Source: Chloroflexota bacterium (GTDB lineage: Bacteria > Chloroflexota > Limnocylindria > Limnocylindrales > CSP1-4). From it: DNA of 63,106 bases. The position numbers and the translations under genes are program-made. Position 1 is the first letter of the stretch; each line of letters opens with the position of its first letter. Below are positions 35,148 through 44,341 of this stretch, one piece after another. The notes beneath the pieces are model-generated. The model saw only the letters and a list, made by a program, of their open reading frames with translations. It ran no database searches and had not been told where the DNA came from. Location of the stretch: assembly GCA_032128175.1 (NCBI GenBank), contig JAQBHC010000098.1, forward strand, positions 1-63,106, in the 5' to 3' direction.

Positions 35148-35567
35148 TTGCCAATCGACGAGATCCCCGGTCGCGCGCTGGCCACTCGCCGAGCCGCCGC
35201 TGACCTCGCGCGCGCCGCGGCCCTTGGGTCGTACGGTGTGGCAGGGTTCGAGGCGAACTGGCTGGAGATGATTCGCGCCGCGCTCGTCGGCCGATCGCCC
35301 GGTATTCGGATCCTTGTGACCGACGATCGGCTGGAGATCGCGCTGCATCTTCGGGTTACCGCCGGACTCCCGATCGCCGAGGTCGCGCGCCAGGTCGACT
35401 CCGCTGTTCGCCACGCCATTCGTCGGGCACTCCGTCGTGAAATCGATGTCCTCAGGATTCGAATCGGCGGCCTCGACGCCTCACCGGGCAGTTGGCCGAA
35501 GTCGGCACCGGACAACGGGAACGTCGGCAACTCCGATCTTGCGGACAGCGGCGCGGACGTGGCCTGA
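35148..35567 (+). CDS. Asp23/Gls24 family envelope-stress protein (YloU-like)
   Basis: Asp23-like core (GVAGFE...IRILVTDDRLEIALHLRVTAGLPIAEVARQVDSAVRHAI). TTG 35148 lies 9 nt after GAGGA. Start is uncertain. Confidence 0.75.
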   Translation: MPIDEIPGRALATRRAAADLARAAALGSYGVAGFEANWLEMIRAALVGRSPGIRILVTDDRLEIALHLRVTAGLPIAEVARQVDSAVRHAIRRALRREIDVLRIRIGGLDASPGSWPKSAPDNGNVGNSDLADSGADVA

Positions 35568-37318
35568 TGGTCCGTCGCGCCTGCGATGGGGCGGGGCTTC
35601 TCGGCGCCTTTCGGGCGGCCGCCGCCAATCTTGAAGCGCATGTCGAGGAGATCAATGCGCTGAACGTCTTCCCCGTGCCCGACGGTGACACCGGTTCGAA
35701 CATGGTCGCAACGGTGAGGGCGGCCCTCGCCGAGGCCGAGGCCGCGGGGGCCAAGGCGCCAGCGGAACGTATCGCCTCCGCGGCCTCGTTCGGGGCGCTG
35801 ATGGGTGCACGCGGCAACTCGGGGGTCATCACGAGCCAGATCCTGCGGGGCATGTCCGAGGCGCTGGCCGGCAAGCGCCGTTTCAACGCGCTCGATCTGG
35901 CGAATGCGCTCGACTCCGGTGCGCGCGCCGCATACAGCGCTGTGGCGAAGCCAGTCGAAGGCACCATCCTCACCGTGATCCGCGAGGCCTCGGCGGCAGC
36001 GGTGATCGCGGCAGAGCGAGCCAACGACATTGAGACGGTCCTGACCGTGACCCTCGACGCCGCGGAGAAGTCGGTGGCGCGGACGCCCACGCTGCTGCCG
36101 ATTTTGCGTGATGCCGGCGTGGTCGATTCAGGGGGACAGGGTGTTTACCGGCTGCTTCAGGGAGCGCTGCTGTTCCTGATCGGACAAGCTCCGGAGGCAA
36201 CCAGCCCCGGGACGCTGGCAAGCGTCAGGCCGTCGGTGTTGGTAGCTCACGCCGACGAGGGTTTCGGGTACGAGACGATGTACCTCGTCCAGGCGCGCGC
36301 GGGCGAGCGAATCGACGTCGATGCGGTCCGTAGCCGTCTCGAATCGATCGGCGAGTCCGTCCTCGTCGCCGGCGATCAGCGGGCCGTCAAGATCCATGTC
36401 CACAACGAACGGCCCGACCTCGTCATCGGCTACGGGCTCGAGGTCGGAACGCTCTCCCTGGTCAGCGTCGAGAATCTCGATAGCCAGATCCGCGACGTCC
36501 GCGAGACTCGCGCCGCTGCGTTCACGGGTCCCGCGGCGCCCGCGCTCGTGGCCAGCACGCCTGCCGTGGAGGCGCCCGTCGTGCCCGCTCTCAAAGTCCC
36601 GGCACCCACGGTGCCGGGTGCCGGGAGCGAGGTCGCCCAGGCGCCCTCGAAGGCCCCGACTCTTCGGCTCGCCGTGGTGGCGGTGGCATCCGGCGAAGGG
36701 CTCGCGGCGATCTTCCGAGACTTCGGGGTTAGCCGCGTCGTGGTCGGCGGGCAGGCCGCAAATCCGAGCACCGGTGAATTGCTCGAGGCGATCCAGTCGG
36801 TCGACGCCGTCGAAATCCTGATCCTGCCCAACAATCCGAACGTCGTGCTCGCCGCACGTCAGGTCGCCGGCATGTCCGATCGGCCCGTCTCGGTCGTGGC
36901 GACGCGAAATGCGGCGGAGGGTTTCGCCGCCCTGTTGGCGCTCGACCCAACCAAGGACGGTGCGGCGAATGCCGAAGGGATGACCAGGGCCGGTCGGGCG
37001 ATCCAGACCCTGGCGGTCACCACGGCCGTCCGGGACGCGACGCTCGGCGGAGTCAAGGTCAGGAAAGGGCAGACGATCGCGCTGGATCCCGACGACGGTC
37101 TCGTGGCCGTGGATGACGATCCGACCAGCGCGGTCCTCGCGGCCATCGCGGCGCTTCCGGCCGGCTTTGAACTCGTCACCGTGTATTACGGAGACGGTGC
37201 GGACCTGGCATCGAGCGAAGTTCTGGCGAGGCAGATCGGTGCTGCGGTGCCCGGGCTGGAAGTCGAGGTCGTCCACGGCGGGCAGCCCCACTACCGCTAC
37301 CTCATCTCAGCCGAGTAG
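35567..37318 (+). CDS. DAK2 (DhaL) domain fusion protein, YloV family
   Basis: INALNVFPVPDGDTGSNM and GARGNSGVI motifs, DegV-like C-terminal half. ATGA overlap with asp23. Conserved asp23-yloV-recG order. Confidence 0.88.
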   Translation: MVRRACDGAGLLGAFRAAAANLEAHVEEINALNVFPVPDGDTGSNMVATVRAALAEAEAAGAKAPAERIASAASFGALMGARGNSGVITSQILRGMSEALAGKRRFNALDLANALDSGARAAYSAVAKPVEGTILTVIREASAAAVIAAERANDIETVLTVTLDAAEKSVARTPTLLPILRDAGVVDSGGQGVYRLLQGALLFLIGQAPEATSPGTLASVRPSVLVAHADEGFGYETMYLVQARAGERIDVDAVRSRLESIGESVLVAGDQRAVKIHVHNERPDLVIGYGLEVGTLSLVSVENLDSQIRDVRETRAAAFTGPAAPALVASTPAVEAPVVPALKVPAPTVPGAGSEVAQAPSKAPTLRLAVVAVASGEGLAAIFRDFGVSRVVVGGQAANPSTGELLEAIQSVDAVEILILPNNPNVVLAARQVAGMSDRPVSVVATRNAAEGFAALLALDPTKDGAANAEGMTRAGRAIQTLAVTTAVRDATLGGVKVRKGQTIALDPDDGLVAVDDDPTSAVLAAIAALPAGFELVTVYYGDGADLASSEVLARQIGAAVPGLEVEVVHGGQPHYRYLISAE

Positions 37319-37320
37319 GC

Positions 37321-39600
37321 GTGACCGGCAGCCTCGGTCGCAGACCACGCCCCGCAGGGGATCGGGCCAGCCCACGCGGCGCCACCAAGACCCCGGCGCC
37401 GCCGCTGACTTCGCTCGAGCTCCTCGACACGGCGATCGGACGGTCGGGTCTGCCCGGTGCCACCGCGCTTGGTCGTGCCGGCCGACGGGTCGGCCTGCTG
37501 CGGGTGCGTGACCTGCTCTTCCGTGTGCCTCGTCGGTACGACGACCTCCGCGAGATGCGCCAGATCCGGGATTTCGGATCCATCGCGGACGGCGAGCTCG
37601 TGTCGGCGCGCGTTCGCGTGGCGGACCTGCGCGTCGAACCGACCGTTCGGCGACGCGTGCAGCGGACGGTCGCGCATCTCGAGGACGAGACCGGGAGCCT
37701 CGATGCCACATGGTTCGGGCGTCGATACATTGAGCGACGCCTGAAGGTGGACGACCAGATCGTCGTGAGCGGGAAGCTCCGCCGGTTTGGCTACCGGATG
37801 ACCCTCGACAACCCCGAGTTCCAGATTGATGACGGCGCTGCGCTGCTGCACGCGGGCCGGATCGTCCCGATCTACCGCCTGACGGCCGGTCTGACCGTGG
37901 CCTCGCTGCGGAAAGCCGTCCGGGCAGCACTGGACCGGACCGCAGCTGCCTACCCGGAATACCTGCCGTCCGAAGTCCGCAAGGACGCCGGGCTGATGGG
38001 CATTGGAGAGGCCCTCGAAGAGGCGCACTACTCGACCACATTCGAGCGTCGCGATGACGCCCTCCGGCGCCTCGCCTTCGACGAGCTCCTGGCTCTCCAG
38101 CTCGGGATGGTCGGCCGTCGCCGGCAGCGTGTTGGGGAGCACGGACAGCCCATCGCGACGAGTGCCGAGCAGGACCAAGCAATCCGCTCTGCAATCGAAG
38201 CGGCGCTGTCAGCGAAGATCGGGCGACCGGTGGCGCTGACCGCCGATCAGGACACGGCCGTCGAAGCGATCCGCCAGGATCTCGCCCGTCCGACTCCGAT
38301 GCTCCGACTGCTCCAGGGTGACGTCGGATCCGGCAAGACCGCCGTCGCGGCGTGGGGTCTCGCCGCAACTGCGCTGGATGGCCGGCAAGGGGCCCTTCTG
38401 GCCCCCACCGACCTCCTCGCGCGCCAGCATCAGCGGACGCTGATTGACCTCCTCGAGCCGCTCGGCATCGGCGTGGAGCTCCTGACCGGGTCGCTCAAGG
38501 GCGGTCAGGCCGATCGCACCCGGCAACTCATCGCATCAGGTCAGGCCCGCGTGGTCGTCGGAACTCACGCCTTGATGTCGGAGTCGGTTCAGTTCGCGGA
38601 TCTCGCGCTCGCGGTCATCGACGAGCAGCATCGCTTCGGGGTCGAACAGCGGGCAGCCCTGGAGGCCAAGGGTGGAACCGTCCCGCACGTCCTGCTCATG
38701 ACGGCGACGCCGATTCCGCGGACGCTGGGCCAGGTCCTCTATGCGGATCTCGAGGTCACAGACCTGCGGACCCAGCCAGAGGGCCGGGTCGCGATCCGAA
38801 CGGGAATTCGGCGGTTCGCCGAGCTCGAGGGAACCTGGGACCGCGTCCGAGACGAGGCGCAACGGGGAAACCGCATCTTCGTCGTCGTCCCGCTGATCAG
38901 TCCCGCTGGCGACGATGCCGACGCGGTTGGCGGCCCCTCGCTGGACCTCTTCGGGCCGTCCGACGAAGCGCTGGTTGAATCAACAGCCGTGGCCGCGGAG
39001 GCGGAAGCGGTCCGCCTTGGCGAACTCCTCGCGCCGCTGCGGGTCGGTCTCGTCCACGGACGGCTGAAAGCGGTCGAGCGCGACGCCGAGATGGCACGGT
39101 TTCGCGATGGTGAACTGGATGTTCTCGTCGGAACGACGGTCGTCGAGGTGGGCGTTGACGTTCCCGAGGCGACGATGATGATCATCGAGGGGGCGGACCG
39201 CTTCGGGCTGGCGCAACTCCACCAGCTGCGCGGCCGGGTAGGGCGCGGCACCCAGGAGTCGTTCTGCGTCCTTGTTTCGGACACTGCTGACGAGACCGCC
39301 CGTGCCCGCCTCGCGGCCATCCGGGATGAGCGGGACGGCTTCGTTCTGGCCGAGCGGGACTGGGAGCTGCGACGCGAGGGCGATGTCCTGGGATTCGAGC
39401 AGAGTGGCCTGCCGGCCCTGCGTGTGGCATCGCTCCAACGCGAGGGTCATCGCGAGTTGGCCGTTCGCGCCCGCGAGGTCGCCGAGTCGCTGCTCGATGG
39501 CTTCGGCCGCTTGCTGCCGGGCAACCACGCGCTGGAAGCCGAACTGCGGACGGGTTGGCTGGCCCCCATCACCCGTGCCGAATCGGACAGCGGGGCATGA
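37321..39600 (+). CDS. recG: ATP-dependent DNA helicase RecG
   Basis: Wedge/OB N-terminal region, GDVGSGKT, DEQHRFG, TATPIPRT, QLHQLRGRVGRG. Confidence 0.93.
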   Translation: MTGSLGRRPRPAGDRASPRGATKTPAPPLTSLELLDTAIGRSGLPGATALGRAGRRVGLLRVRDLLFRVPRRYDDLREMRQIRDFGSIADGELVSARVRVADLRVEPTVRRRVQRTVAHLEDETGSLDATWFGRRYIERRLKVDDQIVVSGKLRRFGYRMTLDNPEFQIDDGAALLHAGRIVPIYRLTAGLTVASLRKAVRAALDRTAAAYPEYLPSEVRKDAGLMGIGEALEEAHYSTTFERRDDALRRLAFDELLALQLGMVGRRRQRVGEHGQPIATSAEQDQAIRSAIEAALSAKIGRPVALTADQDTAVEAIRQDLARPTPMLRLLQGDVGSGKTAVAAWGLAATALDGRQGALLAPTDLLARQHQRTLIDLLEPLGIGVELLTGSLKGGQADRTRQLIASGQARVVVGTHALMSESVQFADLALAVIDEQHRFGVEQRAALEAKGGTVPHVLLMTATPIPRTLGQVLYADLEVTDLRTQPEGRVAIRTGIRRFAELEGTWDRVRDEAQRGNRIFVVVPLISPAGDDADAVGGPSLDLFGPSDEALVESTAVAAEAEAVRLGELLAPLRVGLVHGRLKAVERDAEMARFRDGELDVLVGTTVVEVGVDVPEATMMIIEGADRFGLAQLHQLRGRVGRGTQESFCVLVSDTADETARARLAAIRDERDGFVLAERDWELRREGDVLGFEQSGLPALRVASLQREGHRELAVRAREVAESLLDGFGRLLPGNHALEAELRTGWLAPITRAESDSGA

Positions 39601-40208
39601 CCAGCAGAGTGAATACGGGCGGAGCCGGTCGGGTGATCGCCGGTACCGCGCGGGGAATCCGCCTTTCGGCCCCGGGCGCGATGACCCGCCCATTCTCCGA
39701 TCGGGTCAAGCAGACGCTCTTCGCGATCCTCGACCCTGATGTCCGAGCGGCCCGCGTTCTCGACCTGTTCGCGGGCAGTGGTGCGGCGGGGATCGAGGCA
39801 CTGTCGCGCGGGGCCGAGATCGCCCTCTTCATCGAGCGTGACGCGACGGCGGCAGCCGCGATTCGGGAGAACCTTGAACGTACGCGGCTCGGCGAAGGAG
39901 GTACGCGGGTGATCCAGGCGGAGGCCCTCGGCTGGCTCGGCACCAACGGCGCGTCCGCGGACGGGCCATTCGGTGTAGTCATCCTCGACCCACCATATGA
40001 CCAGCCGGCCCTGCTCCAGGAAGCCCTCGAGCTCATCGGCGCGTCGCCGAGCCTGCTCGCTTCGGGTGCCGTCGTGGTCGCCAAGCACTTCTCGCGCGGG
40101 GTGCCGCCGGAGCGGACAGGGCTGCTAGCATCGAGTCGCACGCGACGCTTCGGCGACACAGCGCTCACGTTCTATCGGGTGGTCGAGCCAATGGAGGAGC
40201 CGTCGTGA
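39597..40208 (+). CDS. rsmD: 16S rRNA (guanine966-N2)-methyltransferase RsmD
   Basis: RPFSDRVKQTLFAIL, DLFAGSGAAGIEALSRGA, ILDPPY. ATGA overlap with recG. Confidence 0.9.
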   Translation: MTSRVNTGGAGRVIAGTARGIRLSAPGAMTRPFSDRVKQTLFAILDPDVRAARVLDLFAGSGAAGIEALSRGAEIALFIERDATAAAAIRENLERTRLGEGGTRVIQAEALGWLGTNGASADGPFGVVILDPPYDQPALLQEALELIGASPSLLASGAVVVAKHFSRGVPPERTGLLASSRTRRFGDTALTFYRVVEPMEEPS

Positions 40209-40699
40209 GAATCGCGGTCTACCCCGGGTCATTCGACCCCGTAACCAACGGGCACCTCGACGTCCTCGTTCGGGCGCTCGGCGTGTTCGATCGGGTCGTC
40301 GTTGCCGTGCTCGGCAATCCCAGAAAGGCGCCCCTTCTTTCGGCCGAGCAGCGGATCGCGGTGATCCATGCGGCCATCGTGGAGGTAGGGCTCCCCGCCG
40401 ATCGCCTGCATGTCGCCTCGTTCGACGGCCTGACCGTCGACGCGGTTCGCGCACACGGGGGCACAGCGATCGTTCGAGGCCTACGGGCGGTTTCTGACTT
40501 CGAGGTCGAGATGCAGCTTGCACACAACAACCGGAAGCTGGCCCCCGACGTCGATACGATGTTCTTCATGACCGCCCTCGAGCACGGGTATGTGAGCTCG
40601 AGCCTGGTGAAGGAGATCGCCTCCTTCGGCGGCGATGTGAGCGGCATGATCCCGACCGCGGCTTCGATGGCCATCCACGATGCACTCCGGCGCGGGTAA
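40205..40699 (+). CDS. coaD: phosphopantetheine adenylyltransferase
   Basis: IAVYPGSFDPVTNGHLDV, RGLRAVSDFE, ISSSLVKEI-like motifs. Confidence 0.95.
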   Translation: MRIAVYPGSFDPVTNGHLDVLVRALGVFDRVVVAVLGNPRKAPLLSAEQRIAVIHAAIVEVGLPADRLHVASFDGLTVDAVRAHGGTAIVRGLRAVSDFEVEMQLAHNNRKLAPDVDTMFFMTALEHGYVSSSLVKEIASFGGDVSGMIPTAASMAIHDALRRG

Positions 40700-40755
40700 G
40701 GCCCGTCCGCGCGTGCCATAATCGGTCCTGACCCGCCCCGCTGGAGACTCCTGCG

Positions 40756-41295
40756 CTGGACATCATCTTCCTCCTCGAGCGGCTGGAATCGCTGATCGCG
40801 ACGGGCAAAGGCCTGCCGCTGACGCGCAACGCGATCGTTGACCGCGATGCGGTCCTGGACCTCGTCGACCAGCTGCGCGTCGCCATCCCCGAGGAAGTCC
40901 GCGCGGCCAAGCGGATCAATGCTGAAGGTGAGCGGATCGTCGAGAAGGCCGAGGATGAGGCGAGCCGGATCATCAGCCGCGCCCAGGAGCAGGCCGCCTT
41001 CCTGATCGGGGAGCGCGGTCTCCTCGATCTCGCCGAGGCCGAAGGCCGGCGGATCGCGGATGAAGCCCGCTCCCAGGCCGAGCTCACGCGTGCCGGCGCC
41101 GACGACTACGCATTCGGCCTGCTCGAGACGCTCGAATCCGAGGTTGGCAAGGCGCTCGCCGGCGTACAGAAGGGGATCGCAGTCCTGGATGATCGTCGGT
41201 CCGAGCTCGCTGCCGCAGAAGTGGACGCCTACGATGCGGACGACGACGGGGCTGAGGTCGATGAGGACGAGATCGACCGCACCGGGTATCGGTGA
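40756..41295 (+). CDS. coiled-coil protein resembling the mycobacterial SepIVA (Rv2927c)/DivIVA-like family; apparent CTG start; absent from the ORF track
   Basis: The + frame is open 40732-41295 with no ATG/GTG/TTG until its last ~25 codons. Translation is (L/M)DIIFLLERLESLIATGKGLPLTRNAIVDRDAVLDLVDQLRVAIPEEVRAAKRINAEGERIVEKAEDEASRII...ADDYAFGLLETLESEVGKALAGVQKGIAVL. GGAGA at 40743-40747 lies 8 nt before CTG 40756. The stop overlaps the GTG of the downstream DUF177 gene (GTGA). Confidence 0.7.
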   Translation: MDIIFLLERLESLIATGKGLPLTRNAIVDRDAVLDLVDQLRVAIPEEVRAAKRINAEGERIVEKAEDEASRIISRAQEQAAFLIGERGLLDLAEAEGRRIADEARSQAELTRAGADDYAFGLLETLESEVGKALAGVQKGIAVLDDRRSELAAAEVDAYDADDDGAEVDEDEIDRTGYR

Positions 41296-41846
41296 CGCAG
41301 ACCCCGCACCTCGGCTTCCCGCTCGCAGGTCTTCTCGCAGAACCGGCCGGTGCCGTCCGCCACTTCGAGCTTGACCGGGTAGCGATCCACCTGGACGACG
41401 ACCTCGATCTAGCGGAGCCGATTAGCGGATCGCTCGAAGTCGGACGCACGAACCGAGGCGTGTTCGTGCATGCGCAGATCACGGCGGCACTGACGTCTGC
41501 CTGTTCCCGCTGTCTGGGGCCGACGGTGATCCCGCTGGCGCTTACGATTCGCGAGGAGGTCCTGCTGAGCGTTGACCCGCTGACTGGCCAGGCGGTCGAC
41601 CGAGCTGCTGAGCCCGAAGTGGCCAGGCTGACGGATCACCACGAGCTTGACCTCGAGCCGATCCTCCGCGAGGCGGTCTCGATGGCCGAGCCGATCGCGC
41701 CGCTCTGTCGTCCGGATTGTCTCGGCTTGTGCATCGAATGTGGTGAACGCATGGATGGTCATCCCGGTCACGAGTTGGATGACGTGGACCCGCGGCTGGC
41801 GGCCTTGCGCGGCTTCCGGGTCGACGCCGACTCGCAGAACGAGTAG
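41292..41846 (+). CDS. yceD: YceD/DUF177 family protein (ribosome-associated, precedes rpmF)
   Basis: Two Cys pairs (CSRCLGPT, CRPDCLGLCIECG) and conserved position upstream of rpmF. Confidence 0.88.
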   Translation: MTQTPHLGFPLAGLLAEPAGAVRHFELDRVAIHLDDDLDLAEPISGSLEVGRTNRGVFVHAQITAALTSACSRCLGPTVIPLALTIREEVLLSVDPLTGQAVDRAAEPEVARLTDHHELDLEPILREAVSMAEPIAPLCRPDCLGLCIECGERMDGHPGHELDDVDPRLAALRGFRVDADSQNE

Positions 41847-41849
41847 ACT
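41844..41849 (+). promoter_or_regulatory. putative -10 (TAGACT, context GAGTAGACTCCGCG) for rpmF-plsX
   Basis: Same TAGACTCC context as the rpsF candidate. About 130 nt upstream of the rpmF ATG. Overlaps the yceD stop. Confidence 0.3.
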
Positions 41850-41978
41850 CCGCGCTCGGTCCGCGCCACTGCGCCCTGGGCCATCCGGACTCGATGACGA
41901 ACACGGCGTCGTGCACGCGCGACGCGGAACCCGACCGATGCGCCGCGGCGACGGTCCCGAAAGGAGCAACACGACACC

Positions 41979-42179
41979 ATGGGCGTACCAAAACGACGGG
42001 CCTCCCACGCCCGCCAGGGAGATCGGCGCGCACACCTCGCCATTGAGCTCCCGACGCTCGAGGAGTGCTCGCACTGCCATCAGCCGAAGCGATCGCACCG
42101 CGCGTGCCCGAATTGCGGGTATTACGGCGGCCGCCTCGTTCTCGAGCTGAAGTCGGCCAAGGACGAGCCCGCGTCCTGA
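41979..42179 (+). CDS. rpmF: 50S ribosomal protein L32
   Basis: MGVPKRRASHARQGDRRAH and CxxC...CxxC zinc ribbon. Confidence 0.93.
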   Translation: MGVPKRRASHARQGDRRAHLAIELPTLEECSHCHQPKRSHRACPNCGYYGGRLVLELKSAKDEPAS

Positions 42180-42183
42180 TCCC

Positions 42184-43293
42184 GTGACCACCCAGGACGT
42201 CGCACCGCAGTCGGACGCTCGCGGGGTCCGGATCGCGGTTGACGCAATGGGCGGCGACCACGGCCCGAGCGAGATCGTTCCCGGCGCCCTCGATCACGCC
42301 GCGGCATACCCGAACGACCGCGTACTCCTCGTTGGCGACGAGGCGCGCATTCGCGAACTGACCGGCCCGTTGCCCTCCAACGTGTCGATTGTGGTTGCCT
42401 CCCAGGTCGTGGGCATGGACGAGCATCCGGCGCGCGCGCTGCGCGAGAAGAAGGACTCCTCCATCGTGGTTGCGTGTGACCTCGTCCGCGGGGGCACCGC
42501 CGACGCGGTGGTCACGGCCGGCCACACTGGCGCCGCCATGGCGGCAGCCATTCTGCGGATTGGACGCCTGCCGGGCGTAGATCGACCCGCGCTGGCCGTG
42601 CAAATGATCCGCAAAGGCACACCGTTCGTGCTCCTGGACATCGGGGCAAATCCGGACTCAAGCGCACAGAATCTCGCCCAGTACGCCCGCATGGGTGCGA
42701 TCTTCGCCGAGCGGGTCCTCGGCATCGCGAATCCGCGCGTGGCGCTCCTGTCGATCGGTGAGGAGAAGGGCAAGGGAGACCTGCGGATCCAGCAGGCGAC
42801 CGAGTTGCTTGATGCATCGGGGCTCAACTTCGTGGGTAACGTCGAGGGACGTCACCTGACCGACACGCAGGCGGACGTGGTCGTGACGGACGCTGTGACG
42901 GGCAACGTCGTGATCAAGTTCTTCGAGGGACTTTCGACGTTCATCTTCGACCTGTTTCGGGCGGAGTTTCGCGGATCGCTCCGAGGACGCCTCGGCTACC
43001 TGCTCCTCCGCCCGGGGGTCCAGCGCATCCGCGACGTCTTCGACTACGAGAAGCAGGGCGGTTCGCCGCTGCTCGGTATCCGGGGCTCCGTGATCATCAC
43101 CCACGGCCGTGCGCGACGGCGCATGGTGGGATTTGCCTGTGCGGTGGCCGCGGAAACCGCCCGTACCGACGTGCCGGCGCTGATCACCGCTGCGTTCGAG
43201 GGAGTGGAGGTGCGGAAGGACAACGCCGACGACGCAACGCCCGCGGCCGAGCTCAGCCCACGTGGTCCGATCTTCGACGGTGCGCCGACATGA
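42184..43293 (+). CDS. plsX: phosphate acyltransferase PlsX
   Basis: IAVDAMGGDHGP, DAVVTAGHTGA, LLDIGAN, GNVEGR motifs. Confidence 0.93.
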   Translation: MTTQDVAPQSDARGVRIAVDAMGGDHGPSEIVPGALDHAAAYPNDRVLLVGDEARIRELTGPLPSNVSIVVASQVVGMDEHPARALREKKDSSIVVACDLVRGGTADAVVTAGHTGAAMAAAILRIGRLPGVDRPALAVQMIRKGTPFVLLDIGANPDSSAQNLAQYARMGAIFAERVLGIANPRVALLSIGEEKGKGDLRIQQATELLDASGLNFVGNVEGRHLTDTQADVVVTDAVTGNVVIKFFEGLSTFIFDLFRAEFRGSLRGRLGYLLLRPGVQRIRDVFDYEKQGGSPLLGIRGSVIITHGRARRRMVGFACAVAAETARTDVPALITAAFEGVEVRKDNADDATPAAELSPRGPIFDGAPT

Positions 43294-43604
43294 GCGGGCC
43301 CGTCCTCACCGTCGGACGCGGCGTGATCGTCGAGATGGCGCGCCTAGCGGCGCTCGAAAGCCCGGGCGTCCTGCGTGTCGCACGTGGCGGCGCCGGCTGG
43401 CTGGCGTTCCTGCGGGGTTCGCCCGTTGACGTCCGATCGAACCACGATCGCGTGGACCTTCGCGTCTGGGTGATCGCTCGCCCGGGAGCTGACCTCGCTG
43501 CTGTTGCCGCCGAGGCACGCGCGGCGATCGCCGGCGCCGTTGAGCGCCTGCTCGGGCTTCGTCTTGGATCGGTCACGGTCATCGTCGATGGCATCGGCGG
43601 CTGA
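43290..43604 (+). CDS. Asp23/Gls24 family protein (second copy, precedes nusB)
   Basis: IVEMARLAALESPGVLRV...VDLRVWVIARPGADLAAVAAEARAAIAGAVERLLGL. ATGA overlap with plsX. Confidence 0.8.
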   Translation: MSGPVLTVGRGVIVEMARLAALESPGVLRVARGGAGWLAFLRGSPVDVRSNHDRVDLRVWVIARPGADLAAVAAEARAAIAGAVERLLGLRLGSVTVIVDGIGG

Positions 43605-44028
43605 CCGGCTGCGCAGCCGTCGCGCGGCGCGTCGCACGGCACTGGCAGCAATCTTCGAGGCCGAGTTCGGACAGCGAACCGCCGAGGCCATCCTTGAACG
43701 AGATATCGCGGAGTCTGAGGGGGACGCCGAAACGGCAACGTTGGCGCGCCAGCTGGTCGATATCGTCGTTCGAAATCGGGACACGATCGACGCCCGGATC
43801 GGGGTTGTTGCGCCTCGCTATCCGGTCGTTTCCCTCGCCCGCATGGACCGCGCGCTGCTGCGATGTGCCCTCGGTGAGGTGCTACACTCGCGCACGCCGG
43901 CCCGGGTGGCGATCGCCGAGTGGGTCGAACTGGCGCGCACCTACAGTGGAGACCCGATGCGTCGTTTGATGAACGGCGTTCTCGGCCAGATCGCACGAGA
44001 TACCCCCGGCGGCTCACCGCCGGCCTGA
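43588..44028 (+). CDS. nusB: transcription antitermination factor NusB
   Basis: [17 protein letters not shown]... and [17 protein letters not shown] motifs. Overlaps the asp23 3' end by 17 nt. Confidence 0.88.
   Translation: MASAADRLRSRRAARRTALAAIFEAEFGQRTAEAILERDIAESEGDAETATLARQLVDIVVRNRDTIDARIGVVAPRYPVVSLARMDRALLRCALGEVLHSRTPARVAIAEWVELARTYSGDPMRRLMNGVLGQIARDTPGGSPPA
43880..43888 (+). promoter_or_regulatory. putative internal extended -10 promoter (TGcTACACT) inside nusB, upstream of acpP
   Basis: GGTGCTACACTCGCGC matches the recurrent motif, about 160 nt upstream of the acpP GTG. Confidence 0.3.
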
Positions 44029-44045
44029 AGCCCAGGAGGGACCCA

Positions 44046-44282
44046 GTGGCAACAACCTACGAGCGGCTCAAGAAGCTGGTCGTCGAGCAGCTCGGCGTCG
44101 ACGAAGAGCAGGTCACGCCCGAGGCCTCGTTCGTCGAGGACCTGAATGCGGACTCCCTCGACCTCGTCGAACTCATCATGAGCCTCGAAGAGGAATTCGG
44201 GACGGAGATCTCGGACGAGGATGCCGAGCGCATTCGAACCGTCCAGGATGCCGCGGACTACATCGACGAGCGGTCGTCCTGA
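44046..44282 (+). CDS. acpP: acyl carrier protein
   Basis: [21 protein letters not shown] (DSL phosphopantetheine site). GTG start 7 nt after AGGAGGG. Confidence 0.93.
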   Translation: MATTYERLKKLVVEQLGVDEEQVTPEASFVEDLNADSLDLVELIMSLEEEFGTEISDEDAERIRTVQDAADYIDERSS

Positions 44283-44341
44283 GGGACATCCCTCCGGCTT
44301 TCAGCACGACCGATCCAGGGGCAGCGGAGGGAACCCGCGCG

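Noticed and set aside
35024-35641. Upstream 206 codons of the 271-aa minus-strand ORF ending in L28.
   Set aside because: Only the last 65 codons match L28. The rest is antisense to the Asp23 gene and is low complexity.
40566-41087. 173-aa minus-strand ORF, the only track entry covering the coaD-DUF177 gap.
   Set aside because: Its translation is Arg/Ser-rich low complexity. The opposite strand encodes a convincing SepIVA-like coiled-coil protein, so this ORF is its antisense shadow.
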